A program made the translations under genes and the position numbers. Shown here one piece after another: positions 1 through 12,077 of a DNA stretch of 64,000 bases. The number at the start of each line of letters is the position of its first letter. The first letter of the stretch is position 1. The notes below the pieces were generated by a model. It had not been told where the DNA came from. It saw only the letters and a list, made by a program, of their open reading frames with translations, and searched no databases. The stretch spans positions 68,076,001 through 68,140,000 of the forward strand of contig OX597827.1 in assembly GCA_951406725.2 (NCBI GenBank), given 5' to 3'. The DNA is from Octopus vulgaris. Taxonomy: Eukaryota.

Positions 1-11
1 AAAGGAAAACT

Positions 12-113
12 ATAATTGTCATTAAATACGACTGAGGGTGTTAGAAACACCTACATTGCTAGAAATAAGAGCTAAATGCTCTAATGCTGCAGTCAAAGCA
101 CATAATTGTATAC
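12..113 (+). repeat. Old dispersed repeat fragment (inverted copy at ~22753-22852)
   Basis: The reverse complement of 12-113 aligns to 22753-22852 (shared tttagctcttatttctagcaatgtagg...tgacaattat). Related 'ctgttagaaatagcagccaaatctc' pieces occur near 60920 and 63728. Confidence 0.7.
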
Positions 114-225
114 ATACATGCTGACAAGGGCGGTAATCGCTCGAAAAGCATTAGTCGAGAGATCCCCAGACTGATCGTTGACTTCCGGCTTTTTCGCCGT
201 AGTCTTTTCAGTGGGGTCGGGTCGA

Positions 226-252
226 CTCGGCTCGGCTCGGCTCGGCTCGGCT
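226..252 (+). repeat. (CTCGG)n pentanucleotide microsatellite
   Basis: About 5.4 perfect copies, seen directly. Confidence 0.9.
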
Positions 253-408
253 GTTTTCGGACGAAGATGATTGCCAGCATATATGTCTTACACAATAGAA
301 ATCTGTAAACGATTTAGCGAATCGCTAATGAATATACCAAATAATTAATGCAGGCAACGGTAAGCAATGTGTGTCAAAGGATGGAAATTATAACAGTCGT
401 TAAATATG

Positions 409-506
409 CGACGGGCTTCTTTCAGTTTCCGCCAACCAAATCCACTTACAAAGCTTTGGTCGGTCCGAAGCTACAGTAAAAGACATTTACCCAGGTGACA
501 CGCAAT
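409..506 (-). mobile_element. SINE family B, 5' fragment
   Basis: cgacgggcttctttcagtttccg...aaatccacttacaaagctttggtcgg matches the B copies, e.g. 38807-38900. Confidence 0.8.
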
Positions 507-820
507 GATGCCTGAGAAACAAAACAAAAAAAAAAAAAGAAATAGATGGAATGGTCACGGTTGGACTATGACAAATATGAGTCCTAGTAAAGCGAAAAGA
601 AAAGTTACACACTATTTGTTATTGTGTTTATGGATTTTGTTATTGCTTTTGTTGTCGTAGTTCCTGCTACTGCTGCTGCGGCTGCTGCTACTCCTGTTGA
701 TTTTCCTTATTGAACTTTCCGTTAAAATGCAACCCCGCAGCAAAGAAATCACCTGATGTCATGACGTCACCTCTCTCTTTCGTACACATAATTGCCTACT
801 GTAGCTACTATTACTACTAT

Positions 821-853
<33 letters not shown>

Positions 854-1079
854 ACACACACACACACACACACGCACACACACACACATACACACACACA
901 CACACACACAATTTCAGTCAATATCTTTTATCAATATTCGCTGCTGGGCAGTCTGTATGTAAATGAAAACTGTCACCTGACCCCGGTTATAAACGTAACT
1001 GACACCATGACCTCTGGTTACGAGACAAAAGTAAAACGAAGTGAAATTACCAGAAAAACTAAAGCATGTTTTATGAATA

Positions 1080-1127
<48 letters not shown>

Positions 1128-1379
1128 ATTGTGTGTACTGCAGTAGACGAACGGCCTGCTGGGAATATATCCGTCATTCAAAGACAATCGACGTACATTC
1201 ATAAATTAATGTGAGTGAATAAAAGTTTTATGTATTATAATAATCACTCACAAATGCACCCCGTGCGCTTTTGTCTGTGTGTGCGCACGCGCGCTGCGTG
1301 TGAGAATAATGTATGTATATTAATATATATTGGTGTATGCAAGTGTCTGTGTGTGTGTGTATGAATGTTCATAATATAT

Positions 1380-1611
1380 ATTTCTTTATTGCCCACAAGG
1401 GGCTAAACACAGAGGGGACAAACAATGACAGACAAACGGATTAAGTCGATTACTTCGACCCCAGTGCGTAACTGGTACTTAATTTATCGACCCCCAAAAG
1501 GATGAAAAGCATAGTTGACCACGGCGGAATTTGAACTCAGAACGTAATGGCCGACGAAATACAGCTACGCATTTCGCCCGGCACGTTAACGTTTCTGCCA
1601 GCTCGCCGACT
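1380..1611 (-). mobile_element. tRNA-derived SINE family A
   Basis: Reverse complement reads ggcgagctggcagaaacgtta...gagttcaaattcc (Pol III A/B-box-like), then gcttttcatcctttt/ggggtcgataaattaagtaccag body and tail 1 (agccccttgtgggcaataaagaaa). Confidence 0.9.
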
Positions 1612-2160
1612 TATATATGTATATTAATATATATTCGTGTATGTAAGTGTTTGTGCATATGTATGAATGTTTATAATATAGCTATAGTTAGTGGCTCCTA
1701 AAACTGTACATATACTCATATTGAATGATTGCAATGGCTGTGTTTAGTAAAATAAATTTGATTTTCAAAACAACAGACAGAATATAATATATTTGTGAAC
1801 GCATGGTTTTGAAATGATGATTTTAGTCCAGGCTCTGTTGATAACGCGGAGCATTGGAATCGCAAACATCATGAAACATTTTGTTCGGTATTTATATGCA
1901 TTTTCGTTCAATGAGTACCAGATATTTATCAACTGTTATCAGTTTCGTACCCTAAATTTTATCTTTTAAGTATCTCCATAACAAACAAAAAATGGTATCT
2001 AATAATGTAAGGTCCAGTATACACAAAATATTCCATTGAACCTTTTTGTACAATCCACCAATTTGGCAAAATGTTATTAAGGTAGGCTCTTACATGGCAA
2101 TGTCCACACCTTCAAAGTCATCTTGACTGCTTGGCATGACAGATTGTCGCAGAAAATTCA

Positions 2161-2375
2161 AGGCGTTGAGCTGGCAGAAACGTTAGCACGCCGGGCGAAA
2201 TGCTAAGCGGTAGTTCGTCTGCCGTTACGTTCTGAGTTCAAATTCCGCCGAGGCCAACTTTGCCTTTCATCCTTTCGGGGTCGATAAATTACGCACTCGG
2301 GTCGATGTAATCGACTTTGTCTGTCCTTATTTGTCCTCTTTGTGTGTAGCCCCTTGTGGGCAATAAAGAAATAAG
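2161..2375 (+). mobile_element. SINE family A inserted in the transposase remnant
   Basis: Head, body and tail 1 with a small internal deletion. Confidence 0.9.
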
Positions 2376-2553
2376 AAAGTTCAAGCAGAGATGGGTCAGT
2401 CATAAAATGAGAGGTCGGACTAATTTTTTCCATGATAATCCGCATCATATTGTAACTCCTGGTAATGTAACATGATGTTACTCTGCAACATGTGGATTCT
2501 CAAGTTCCCAAGAGCTACGATAGTAGCGGTTTAATTGAGTCATTTATTTTAAA

Positions 2554-2957
2554 CTAGCAGTATCGCCCGGCGTTGCTCGGGTTTGTAAGGGAAATAACTA
2601 TATAAGCATTTTTAGAGATGTAAAGTATAATAGCCATCTCAATATGGCTAACCACAAAGGGGGGGAGTTACTGTAGCTTTTTACGTTCTGAGATTTAATA
2701 ATACATTTTTAGAGAGTTACTTCCCTTATATAAACCGAGCGAAAATGCATTAAAAATACGGAAAAATACTGGTAAATTTTTTTTTAAATCGTAGACTCAT
2801 CGTAGACGCGCGCTAATACCCAGAAGGGCTCGATATGAATCACGACTATAAGATACCCGGTTTTGGTTAAACTGCACCGCAAAATGTGGGAGTTGTTAGG
2901 AATCTAAATCGTAGGAGACAGACACTCACACAACTTCACTTTTATATATATAGAAGA
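2554..2957 (-). mobile_element. Non-autonomous Helitron (~404 bp)
   Basis: Minus strand starts TCTTCTATATATATAAAAG and ends with hairpin CCCGAGCAACGCCGGG, an 8-nt spacer and CTAG. It is inserted between A and T with no TSD, and removal restores the transposase frame (ggt aca|ttt aaa). Confidence 0.92.
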
Positions 2958-3520
2958 TGTACCCTCGTCGCTCCAAACAATCTTCGTTGGAAAGTGTGAG
3001 GCTTCTAAATAAGTGCCCAAGCACTACACGTAAAACTCCATTCTTCGGCTTGAATCATTGTCATTCAGAACACGAAATATTCTTGGAATGCAACATTTCC
3101 GATGTCACCGCTTCAAAATACGATGACCGCATGATTTTGGAATTCCTGTCTCATGACTCCCATGGCGTAGGGACTTTCTTGAACTCTGGCAACAAGTATC
3201 TGGTAAACTATTTTGCTTTGTGATGCCCGTCGATGGGAAATTTTCGTGTGGACATTCTTCTGAAGAGTTCTGTCTGCTTAAAACTTGTCTCTAATTCGAG
3301 TTGTGGTTAGTCAAGTAGTTGAAACTGTTTGGAACTCCCACCTAAACAGTTTTTTGCGATTCGAATGCGTTTGCAAACTTTCAGTTGTGCTTAGAGTAAA
3401 TTTCCTGTATTCAAAGGCTTGGTTTGACACTTTTCATTTTGTCACATGAGTTATATATAAAACGAAATAAGGTTAAGTTAGTCATCAGCTACAAAAGTGT
3501 GTATGCATTTCTAGAATATA

Positions 3521-3635
3521 TTGGGTTGTTCGGAAAGTTCGTGCCGATTTTTAAAGGAAAGAAAAAGGTCAATAAATACTTGCCATTACATTTCTAATCA
3601 ACCAAATATGAACCATTTTGTTGCACAATGCGTCT

Positions 3636-3637
<2 letters not shown>
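3521..3637 (-). mobile_element. 3' end of a mariner (Mos1/DD34D-like) element
   Basis: TA followed by TIR-like ttgggttgttcggaaagttcgtgccgatttt; minus strand encodes WRRIVQQNGSYLVD*, a typical mariner transposase C-terminus. Confidence 0.75.
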
Positions 3638-3675
<38 letters not shown>

Positions 3676-3761
3676 TTCATGTATGAGTATGTGTGTGTAA
3701 TTGTATGTATCATACACATATATGTCTGCATATATATATATATATATATATATATTATTAT

Positions 3762-3900
3762 AAGTAGAAAAATACAAACTGGGACAAGAACGTAAAACAT
3801 CCAGAGAGACGATACAAAAAACACGGACGGGTCATTCGAAGCCTTCAATCTTCAGTCAAGAACCGGATCATCCTCGCAATTTCGGCTGATTAATCTTGAA
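3762..3900 (-). repeat. Short dispersed element embedded in (TA)n (inverted copy at 5548-5662)
   Basis: Near-identical core gcgaggatgatccggttcttgactgaagattgaaggcttcgaatgacccgtccgtgttt in both copies, each flanked by TA repeats. Confidence 0.8.
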
Positions 3901-3941
<41 letters not shown>

Positions 3942-4300
3942 ACAAATAAAAGACAGAAGATGGAATATACGAGAATATATTAATCACAACAATTAATCAC
4001 AATATGCACGCGCGCATGTACGTATGGGCACTTACATAAAGGCGTATGTATGTATGTATGTATGTATGTATGTATGTATATATGTATGTATGTATGTATG
4101 TGTGCTTGTGTGTCTGTCTGTATGAGCGTGTAAATGAGTTATATATATATATATATATATAGTTACGTTTGTATTCGGTTCTAGAGTCTGAGGAGCCGTC
4201 CATGGGGCTAGGTCCTTTGTGGTTGCGAAACCATCGGTCACTCTGTGACCGGACTGATTGTGAGCGAATGAATTAGTAAGAGAGAGAGAGAGAAAGAGAA

Positions 4301-4335
<35 letters not shown>

Positions 4336-4663
4336 GTGAAGAGCGTATATACCTACCATAACTAAAGCAAATAACACAAAAATGTACTAAAAAAGTAAAA
4401 AAAAAAAAAAAAAGAGAAAAGAAACAACAAAAAAAAAAATACTGATCAAAATCTAAATCAGTCTGCTAGAATTCGATGCTTGCACGCAATGATTTAGCGC
4501 CAACATTCTCTGTGCTGAATATACTGAGTAAATTGACTTTGGATTAGCTGCAAGACAGTGCGTGTTGCAAAAGGTATAGGACATCGAATTTCCTGGTTGC
4601 GATACTATTTCAACTGAAGGCAATACTACACGCTTATACATACATACATAAATACATACATAT

Positions 4664-4787
<124 letters not shown>

Positions 4788-5160
4788 TATATACACATGT
4801 ATATATACATATATACACATGTATATATACATATATATATACACATACATATATACATGTGTGTGTGTATGTGTACATATATATACACATATATATATAT
4901 ACACATACACATCTGCCTCTCAATCCATCTCTCCCTCTCTCTCTCTCGCGCTCTCTCTCTCTCTACATATGTGTGTGTGTGTTTGTATGTGTGTGTGTGC
5001 GCGTGTTTGTATGTGTGAGTGTCTGTGTGTGTGTATGTGTGTGTATACACATACATATATATATACACACACATACACAGCTGCCTCTTCATCCATCTCT
5101 CCCCCCCTCTCTCTCTCTCTCTGTATATATATGTGTGTGTGTGTGTGTGTTTGTATATAT

Positions 5161-5365
5161 TCTTTTACTTCTTTCAGTCATTTGACTGCGGCCACGCAGG
5201 AGCGCCGCCTTAAAGGTCTTTTTAGTCGAAGAAATCGACCCCAGGACATATTCTTTCTGAGTCTAGTACTTATTCTATCTTTATTTTTCTAAACCAAGTA
5301 CTTATTGTTTCGCTCGCTTTTTGTCGAATCGCTTAGTTAACAAACCAACAGCAGATTGAAGCAGT
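5161..5365 (-). mobile_element. SINE family B, 3' half (diverged)
   Basis: ttcagtcatttgactgcggcca...tagtcgaagaaatcgaccccaggac. Confidence 0.75.
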
Positions 5366-5404
5366 GTTAGGGAACAGCCACAAACACAAAAACTCACGCA
5401 CACG

Positions 5405-5447
<43 letters not shown>

Positions 5448-5547
5448 ACACACACATATATATATACTTATATGCAAATATATATATATATATACATATA
5501 TGCAAATATATATATATATATATATATATACGTATATAGATATATGT

Positions 5548-5662
5548 ATTGCGAGGATGATCCGGTTCTTGACTGAAGATTGAAGGCTTCGAATGACCCG
5601 TCCGTGTTTATGGTATCGTCTTCTGAATGTTTTGTGTTCTTGACCCATTTTGTATTTCTTTA
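5548..5662 (+). repeat. Short dispersed element in (TA)n (copy of 3762-3900)
   Basis: Reverse-complement match to 3765-3881. Confidence 0.8.
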
Positions 5663-5695
5663 TAAATATATATATATAGCGGCGTACGTACCCTT

Positions 5696-5756
<61 letters not shown>

Positions 5757-5777
5757 CATATACATATATATATATAC

Positions 5778-5811
<34 letters not shown>

Positions 5812-5857
5812 TATAAATACACATATACATGTATATATATATACATACATATATATA

Positions 5858-6090
5858 TATTTCTTTACTGCCCACAAGGGGCTAAACATAGAGGGGACAA
5901 ACAAGGACAGACAATGGTATTAAGTCGATTACATCGACCCCAGTTGGAAACTGGTACTTTATTTATCGACCCCGAAAGGATGAAAGGCAAAGTCGACCTC
6001 GGCGGAATTTGAACTCAGAACGTAACGACAGACGAAATACGGCTACGCATTTCGCCCGGCGTGCTAACGTTTCTGCCAGCTCGCCGCCTT
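5858..6090 (-). mobile_element. SINE family A, full monomer
   Basis: Near-consensus head, body and tail 1. Confidence 0.92.
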
Positions 6091-6175
6091 CATACATATA
6101 TATATACACACACACATATATACATATACATATATGTATATACATATATATATATATGGATATGTATATATATGC

Positions 6176-6233
<58 letters not shown>

Positions 6234-6710
6234 GCACCTACACACACACACAAACACATATACACACACAAACGCGCGCGCGTCGATCAAATTCGCTCAG
6301 TAGATATTTATGTGTCCGATGCTGTCGTAAAAGTCACTGACCCAAGTTGCCAAGCGTCGTGACTGAACCCGGAAACATGCGGTCAGGAAGGAAACTTCTT
6401 ACCATACAGCCACGCCTAGATACAAATGTGTATTTCTAATTGTGCGCCTGCGCACGTACGTACGAGTACATGTACACCGTGAGTGTGAACTCAATAACTG
6501 AGACAGCGTGTTGACGTTCTTTTACTTGTTTTAGTCATTGGACAGCCTCCACGCTGTCATTGATAACGCCTAGAAGGTGCTTCTTTGCCACTCACCAAAA
6601 TTTATGAATCTTTGGTCCGGAGACCATCGTTAACCTTGTCGTCTCCATATTTGTTATTTTTTGTAAGTAAAACACTTTTTTTCCTCGGGACTTTCGGGCC
6701 ATCCTATGTA

Positions 6711-6752
<42 letters not shown>

Positions 6753-6757
6753 CATAC

Positions 6758-7018
6758 ATATATTAAAAATGGGGAAGGCCGTTTTTAGGATTACCTTAAG
6801 TTTCCCGTCCATAAAAGGTTTAGCTTTATGGCGTATCGTCAGATACCAAAATCCTGTTGGCACAAAACCTGTTAAAAATATGGAGCTCCATGTTTTTAAG
6901 AGGTTTTATTCCAACAGGTTTTTGGTATCTGACGATACACCATAATGCTAACCCCTTTATAGACGAGAAATCTAAGGTAATACCATAAACCGACGACCTC
7001 CCCCATTTTTAATGTATG
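6758..7018. mobile_element. Foldback (palindromic) MITE, ~260 bp
   Basis: The whole element is an imperfect palindrome centred on gagctc (6883-6888), e.g. tatcgtcagataccaaaa / ttttggtatctgacgata. A shorter relative lies at 51301-51425. Confidence 0.85.
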
Positions 7019-7068
7019 CTGCTCTAAGTCTTAGAGTTGCTTCTTTCGAATTTATGCTTTTTTAGAGA

Positions 7069-7179
<111 letters not shown>

Positions 7180-7293
7180 TTCCATTCAGGAATTAGTAGC
7201 CCACGCTCTTAACCACTACGCCGACATATGGTTTAGTGGTTAAGAGATCGGGTTACTAACCCCCAAGATTACGAGTTCGATTCCAGGCAGGGA

Positions 7294-7532
7294 CCGTTTG
7301 TCTGTCCTTGTTTGTTCCTCTGTGTGTAGCCCCTTGTGGGCAGTAAAGAAATAAGAAACGTTAGCACACCAATCGAAATGTTTAGCGGTATTTCATGTTC
7401 CACCGAGGTCGACTTTGCTTTTCATCCTTTTGGAGTCGATAAATTAAGTACCAGTTGCGTACTGGGGGTCGATCTAATCGACTGGCTCCTTCCCCCAAAA
7501 TTTCGGGCCTTGTGCCTAGAGTAGAAAAGAAA
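7294..7532 (+). mobile_element. SINE family A composite (tail 1 joined to a second unit ending in tail 2)
   Basis: ...aaagaaataa|gaaacgttagcac...cgactggctccttcccccaaaatttcgggccttgtgcctagagtagaaaag. Confidence 0.85.
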
Positions 7533-7836
7533 AAAATATATAAAATCCGTACACTACGCCCAGAAAATCTACACACACAAACATTAAAAGCACAGCAGCG
7601 TTTCAAGTATAGCTTTGAGCCATTCCATAAGGCTTGTATGGGGGTTGTAAGACTATTAATTTACCAACCGCTGAGGTTAGTAAAATAACAGCGTTACAAA
7701 TCTACCACCCCTGGATTTTACGTATAACACAGATGGGATTTAGCAAACGCACATAGTTTGTTAGTTTCCTAGTTTTGCTTTCCTTATATGTTCTGTCGTC
7801 TGCGAAGTCTGTACAGGCGTAAGGACTAGAAGACTG

Positions 7837-8245
7837 AAATTCCACCGAGGTCGACTTTACCTCTCATCCTTTCCGGATCGATTAAATAAGTACCTATTTC
7901 TTTACTACCCACAAGGGGCTAAACACAGAGAGGACAAACAAGGACAGACAAACGGATTAAGTCGATTATATCGACCCCAGTGCGTAACTGGTACTTATTT
8001 AATCGACCCCGAAAGGATGAAAGGCAATGTCGACCTCGGCGGAATTTGAACTCAGAACATAGCGGCAGACGAAATACGGCTACGCATTTCGCCCGGCGTG
8101 CTAACGTTTCTGCCAGCTCACCGATTAAATAAGTACCAGTTACGCACTGGGGTCGATGTAATCGACTTAATCTCTTTGTCTGTCTTTGTTTGTACCCTTT
8201 ATGTCTAGCTCCCCCCCACTTCCTGTGGGCAATGAAGAAATAAAT
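7837..8245. mobile_element. Nested SINE A: minus copy (7892-8123) inside a plus copy
   Basis: The plus-strand body is interrupted at cgattaaataagtacc, which appears on both sides of the minus copy (7879-7894 and 8122-8137) like a TSD. Confidence 0.8.
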
Positions 8246-8269
8246 GATTAGAAGACTCATATATATACC

Positions 8270-8486
8270 CTCTATCTATTACTCGTTTTAGTAATTTGAC
8301 TGTGGCCCTGCTGGAGCACCGCTTGTTAGAGATTTAGTGAATCGAATCGACCGTGGTGTTTATGTTTCATTTTCAACGGTTAGTACTTATTTTATCAGAA
8401 CCTTTAAGCCGAAGCAGTAAGTGAATTCCTGGTAATGGTTGCCAAGCAGTGGCTGAATAGTAACCCAAAAACACAAATGGCATAGT

Positions 8487-8558
<72 letters not shown>

Positions 8559-8631
8559 CATATATCAATGTGAAAAGAAATCCGTTGTGTGTGTATATAC
8601 ATATATATATGTATATATATATATACATATG

Positions 8632-8692
<61 letters not shown>

Positions 8693-8705
8693 CATATATG
8701 TATAT

Positions 8706-8804
<99 letters not shown>

Positions 8805-8968
8805 CACACATACGACGCGTTTCTTTCGGTTTCCGTTAACCAAATCAACGAACATCGTTTCTGTCGGTCCGGTAAAATCGCTTATAACACTTGCCCAGGG
8901 TGACCTGCAGTCGGACTGAACACATACGCATGCGATTGGGAAGCAATCTTCTTACCACACAGCCACGC

Positions 8969-8970
<2 letters not shown>
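8270..8970 (-). mobile_element. Diverged SINE family B with expanded internal microsatellite
   Basis: 3' half at 8270-8450 and 5' half at 8811-8970, separated by (TG)n/(TA)n. Confidence 0.7.
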
Positions 8971-9008
<38 letters not shown>

Positions 9009-9331
9009 GAGCGTGCGTGCAATGGTCCACCAACAAAAAGATTGAGTTAAGAATCGAAACACAACGCCTTGTCTGCGGTGTAAAGTGATATTTCTTATAA
9101 TATTAATATTCGTGTCACCTATTGTATATTTGAACGTGTATCCTTGCATGTATATTGGATAACATATGCGTGCACAGACGCACGCATATCATATATATAT
9201 ATATATATATATATATGATATGCGTGCGTATATACATATATATATATATACGTATATCACTCATACACAACACATGCAAATATATATAGGTATATATATA
9301 CATATACATATGTATAGATATTGATATAGAT

Positions 9332-9437
<106 letters not shown>

Positions 9438-9690
9438 GGATGGATAGATGAAAGAGGAGCTTGGCATTTGTTGCAGACCGAGATAGAACAGACACACCAG
9501 GAAGATGACACTGTAAAAGTACAGATAGCTTCTAAGGTAGTCTTCGTGTTTCAGACAGACAACATGAAATTGATCTGATGCCTAACATATGCATATATTT
9601 ATGTACTATATATATATGTGTGTGTGTGTGTGTGCATACGTGCATGTATGTATACATATATGTGTGTGTGTGTGTGTGTGTGTGCGTGTA

Positions 9691-9993
9691 GGCGCAATGG
9701 CCCAGTGGTTAGGGCAGCTGACTCGCGGTCGTAGGATCGCGGTTACGATTCCCAGACCGGGCATTGTGTGTGTTTTTTGAGCGAAAGCACCTAAAGCTCC
9801 ATGAGGCTCCTACAGGGGGTGGGTGGCGACCCCTCTTATACTCTTTCGACCCAACTTTCTCTCACTCTTTCTTCTTGTCTCTTGAGTAACTCTGCGATGG
9901 ACTGGCGTCCCGTCCAGCTAAGGGGAACACATGTGCCACAGAAACCGGGAAACCGGCCCCGTGAACCTGGCTACGCTTGGAAAGGGCGCATAG
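9691..9993 (+). mobile_element. tRNA-derived SINE family C with tail X
   Basis: Head ggcgcaatggcccagtggttagggcag...ggttacgattccc; 3' part ctgcgatggactggcgtcccgtccag...gaaaccgggaaaccggccc. Confidence 0.85.
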
Positions 9994-10611
9994 ATAAATA
10001 AATATATATATATATATATATAAACTAGTTTTTTTAACCTCGATTAGCCTGGCAATAGTTTCAAACATTACATCGAAAATCATTTTCCAGTGGGTTTTTT
10101 TTTTTTCCCCCAAAGCATTTTCAAATGTTGAATTAGGTTGGTACTTAAGTTTTGATAGATGTGGTGTCAAAGTCTATTTGGTGTTTCCCTGCAGTGAACC
10201 TGTTGCTTCACTCCACCGAAACACAATATATCATCTAACCTTAATAAACTACAAGTAAAAGAAAAGATTTATGAGAAAAGTACTGGTGTTAACACTGGTT
10301 AACTTCTCTGTTTCTCTTAGCCATAGTTCAGACGAGAGAAGTATTAACGATAGATGATAAATTAGACGTTATACTATAAATACACGAAACCTAGTGACAG
10401 CAATGTAAAAATGGGAGAAAACAAAACGCAACACTAATGTCAGGTAGGCATATATCAAAGAATGTAAGCAATATTATGATTCAAATGGAGAATGTTTTGT
10501 GATTGTAGGTAGAAATTTGCAATCAAAATTGGACTTTCTAAACGTCATCGCTATTACAGTTTAAATTTTAACCATCTGTGAGATAAAAGAAAACTTGATA
10601 TAACGACATTG

Positions 10612-10830
10612 AAGGCAAGCGAGCTGGCAGAATTGTTACCGCGCCCAGAGCAAAATGCTTAGCGACATTTCGTCCGTCTTTACGTTCTGAGTTCAAATTC
10701 TGCCGAGATCGACTTTGCCTTTCAACCTTTCAGGGTCGATAAAATAAGTACCAGTTGAACCCTGGAGGTCGATGTAATATACTAGCCTACCAGAACTTGC
10801 TAGTATTGTGTCAATATGAGAAACCAATAT
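10612..10830 (+). mobile_element. Older SINE family A copy
   Basis: gagctggcagaattgtta...gagttcaaattc...gcctttcaacctttcagggtcgataaaataagtaccag. Confidence 0.85.
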
Positions 10831-10896
10831 GAGAAAATTAGTTTATTGTATAAATCGGAGAAGCTTTACTTTTTCGTTCTGGTTGGTTTGACATTG

Positions 10897-11006
10897 AAAA
10901 TTTGAACGTCAAATTTGACCATCAAATTTGAACGTCAAATTTGAACGTCAAATTTGAACGTCATATTCAAACGTCAAAATTTGAACGTCATGAATTTGAA
11001 CGAATT
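10897..11006 (+). repeat. 13-bp minisatellite (AAATTTGAACGTC)n
   Basis: About 8 imperfect copies, seen directly. Confidence 0.9.
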
Positions 11007-11499
11007 TATGTTGTTCGAGGTTACAAGGTTAGAGAGAACCACTTTACTTTCTGAGTTCAAATGCTGCTGAGGTAGACACTTCCTTAAATTTCTTTTTCGA
11101 GGTCGATAAAATTAGTGCTATTTGAGCACTAGGGACTGTAATCGACCAACCTCTCATTTCAATTACTCGCCTTATGTCAAAATTAGAAAAAATAAAGTAT
11201 AGCGATGGCATAAGTGCAGGAGCGAAATTTTCTTAAGGGATGCATAGCCAGTTTCCAGGAGAATGTTCATAGTTTTCATTGCCGCCCACAAAATTTTAGG
11301 GGATGCGCTTGCACTCCTTACACCCCATAGACTCGCCTCTGTTCTTCAGCCAATGACCGATGTTCTGTAAAGAATTTAATAATTCAAGAAGAGAGACGTG
11401 GCGACAAACATGAGTGTTTTAATTGGGATAAACAGAACGCTTAGATAGAGACGGACAATTAACGAGTCGATTAAGATCAAAAGGAAATGAACGATAAAT

Positions 11500-11705
11500 T
11501 ACGGAAATGAACTTGGAAGAATTTGATACGATGTTTCGTGATTTAGAAACATACACGCACTTAATAATAGATGGCGCTCCCAACATTCAACGCAGCATGC
11601 AGATTCAGCGAAACTTGACTAAAGAACTTCTCCTGTGACATGTAGTTACATGCAAAGAAAAAGAAAGACAAAGGTTTTTAAAAAGCAGTTTAAATGATTT
11701 GCGAT
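11500..11705 (+). pseudogene. Possible pogo/Tigger transposase C-terminal remnant
   Basis: Translates MNLEEFDTMFRDLETYTHLIIDGAPNIQRSMQIQRNLTKELLL*, followed by a Lys-rich stretch; resembles the Tigger DPN..R...I.RN...KK C-terminus. Confidence 0.45.
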
Positions 11706-12077
11706 GTGTAATTAAAGAATAATAATAACGAAAGTCTAATAAATAGTTCTTTTTATTTTATACTTTAAAGTAATGTATGGTGTTACAAAGACCACCCGTC
11801 AACCTCAACCGAGAATGGCTTGGTAACATGAACCATGTTTTTGGTAACTGTTTAGCACGTACCTCTGCAGACCCTAGTCTGTCGCCAACGACAGGAGGGT
11901 ACACGATTTCTTCTAACTTTACGTTCTGAGTTCAAATTCTACCTTGGTCGAGTTATACTTCGGGCTCAATAAAATAAGTGCCAATCAAAATCTGCGGTCT
12001 ATGTAATCGATTTCCCTCTTCATCCACACAAAAAAAATCACGCCTTGTGAAATAATTATTAGAAATAATTATTATAT

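Larger units (their letters stand above)
1790..3450 (-). pseudogene. Decayed Tc1/mariner-superfamily transposase (maT/DD37D-like), interrupted by a SINE and a Helitron
   Basis: Minus-strand translation with stops and frameshifts: TRIRDKF*ADRT...ETGIPKSCGHRILKR...PTKIVWSDEGT|FKINDSI...ENPHVAE*HHVTLPGVTI*CGLS...RAYLNNILPNWWI...LDLTLLD..LWRYLKDKI. These correspond to the HTH, WSDE and SPDLTPLDFFLWGYLK motifs. Confidence 0.85.

Noticed and set aside
762-769. Perfect CRE palindrome TGACGTCA
   Set aside because: A single 8-mer is expected about once per window by chance; there is no supporting promoter evidence.
4170-4187. ttcggttctagag resembles part of a miR-10 arm
   Set aside because: There is only a ~13-nt match and no complementary arm nearby (the flank is (TA)n), so no precursor hairpin.
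5572-5606. Canonical hammerhead call for ctgaaga...gaat
   Set aside because: It has GAAU instead of GAAA and no convincing stem I; kept only as an atypical repeat family.
11210-11342. Possible small MITE (cataagtgcagg...ctcgcctctg)
   Set aside because: The termini are too degenerate and no second copy or TSD could be confirmed in the window.
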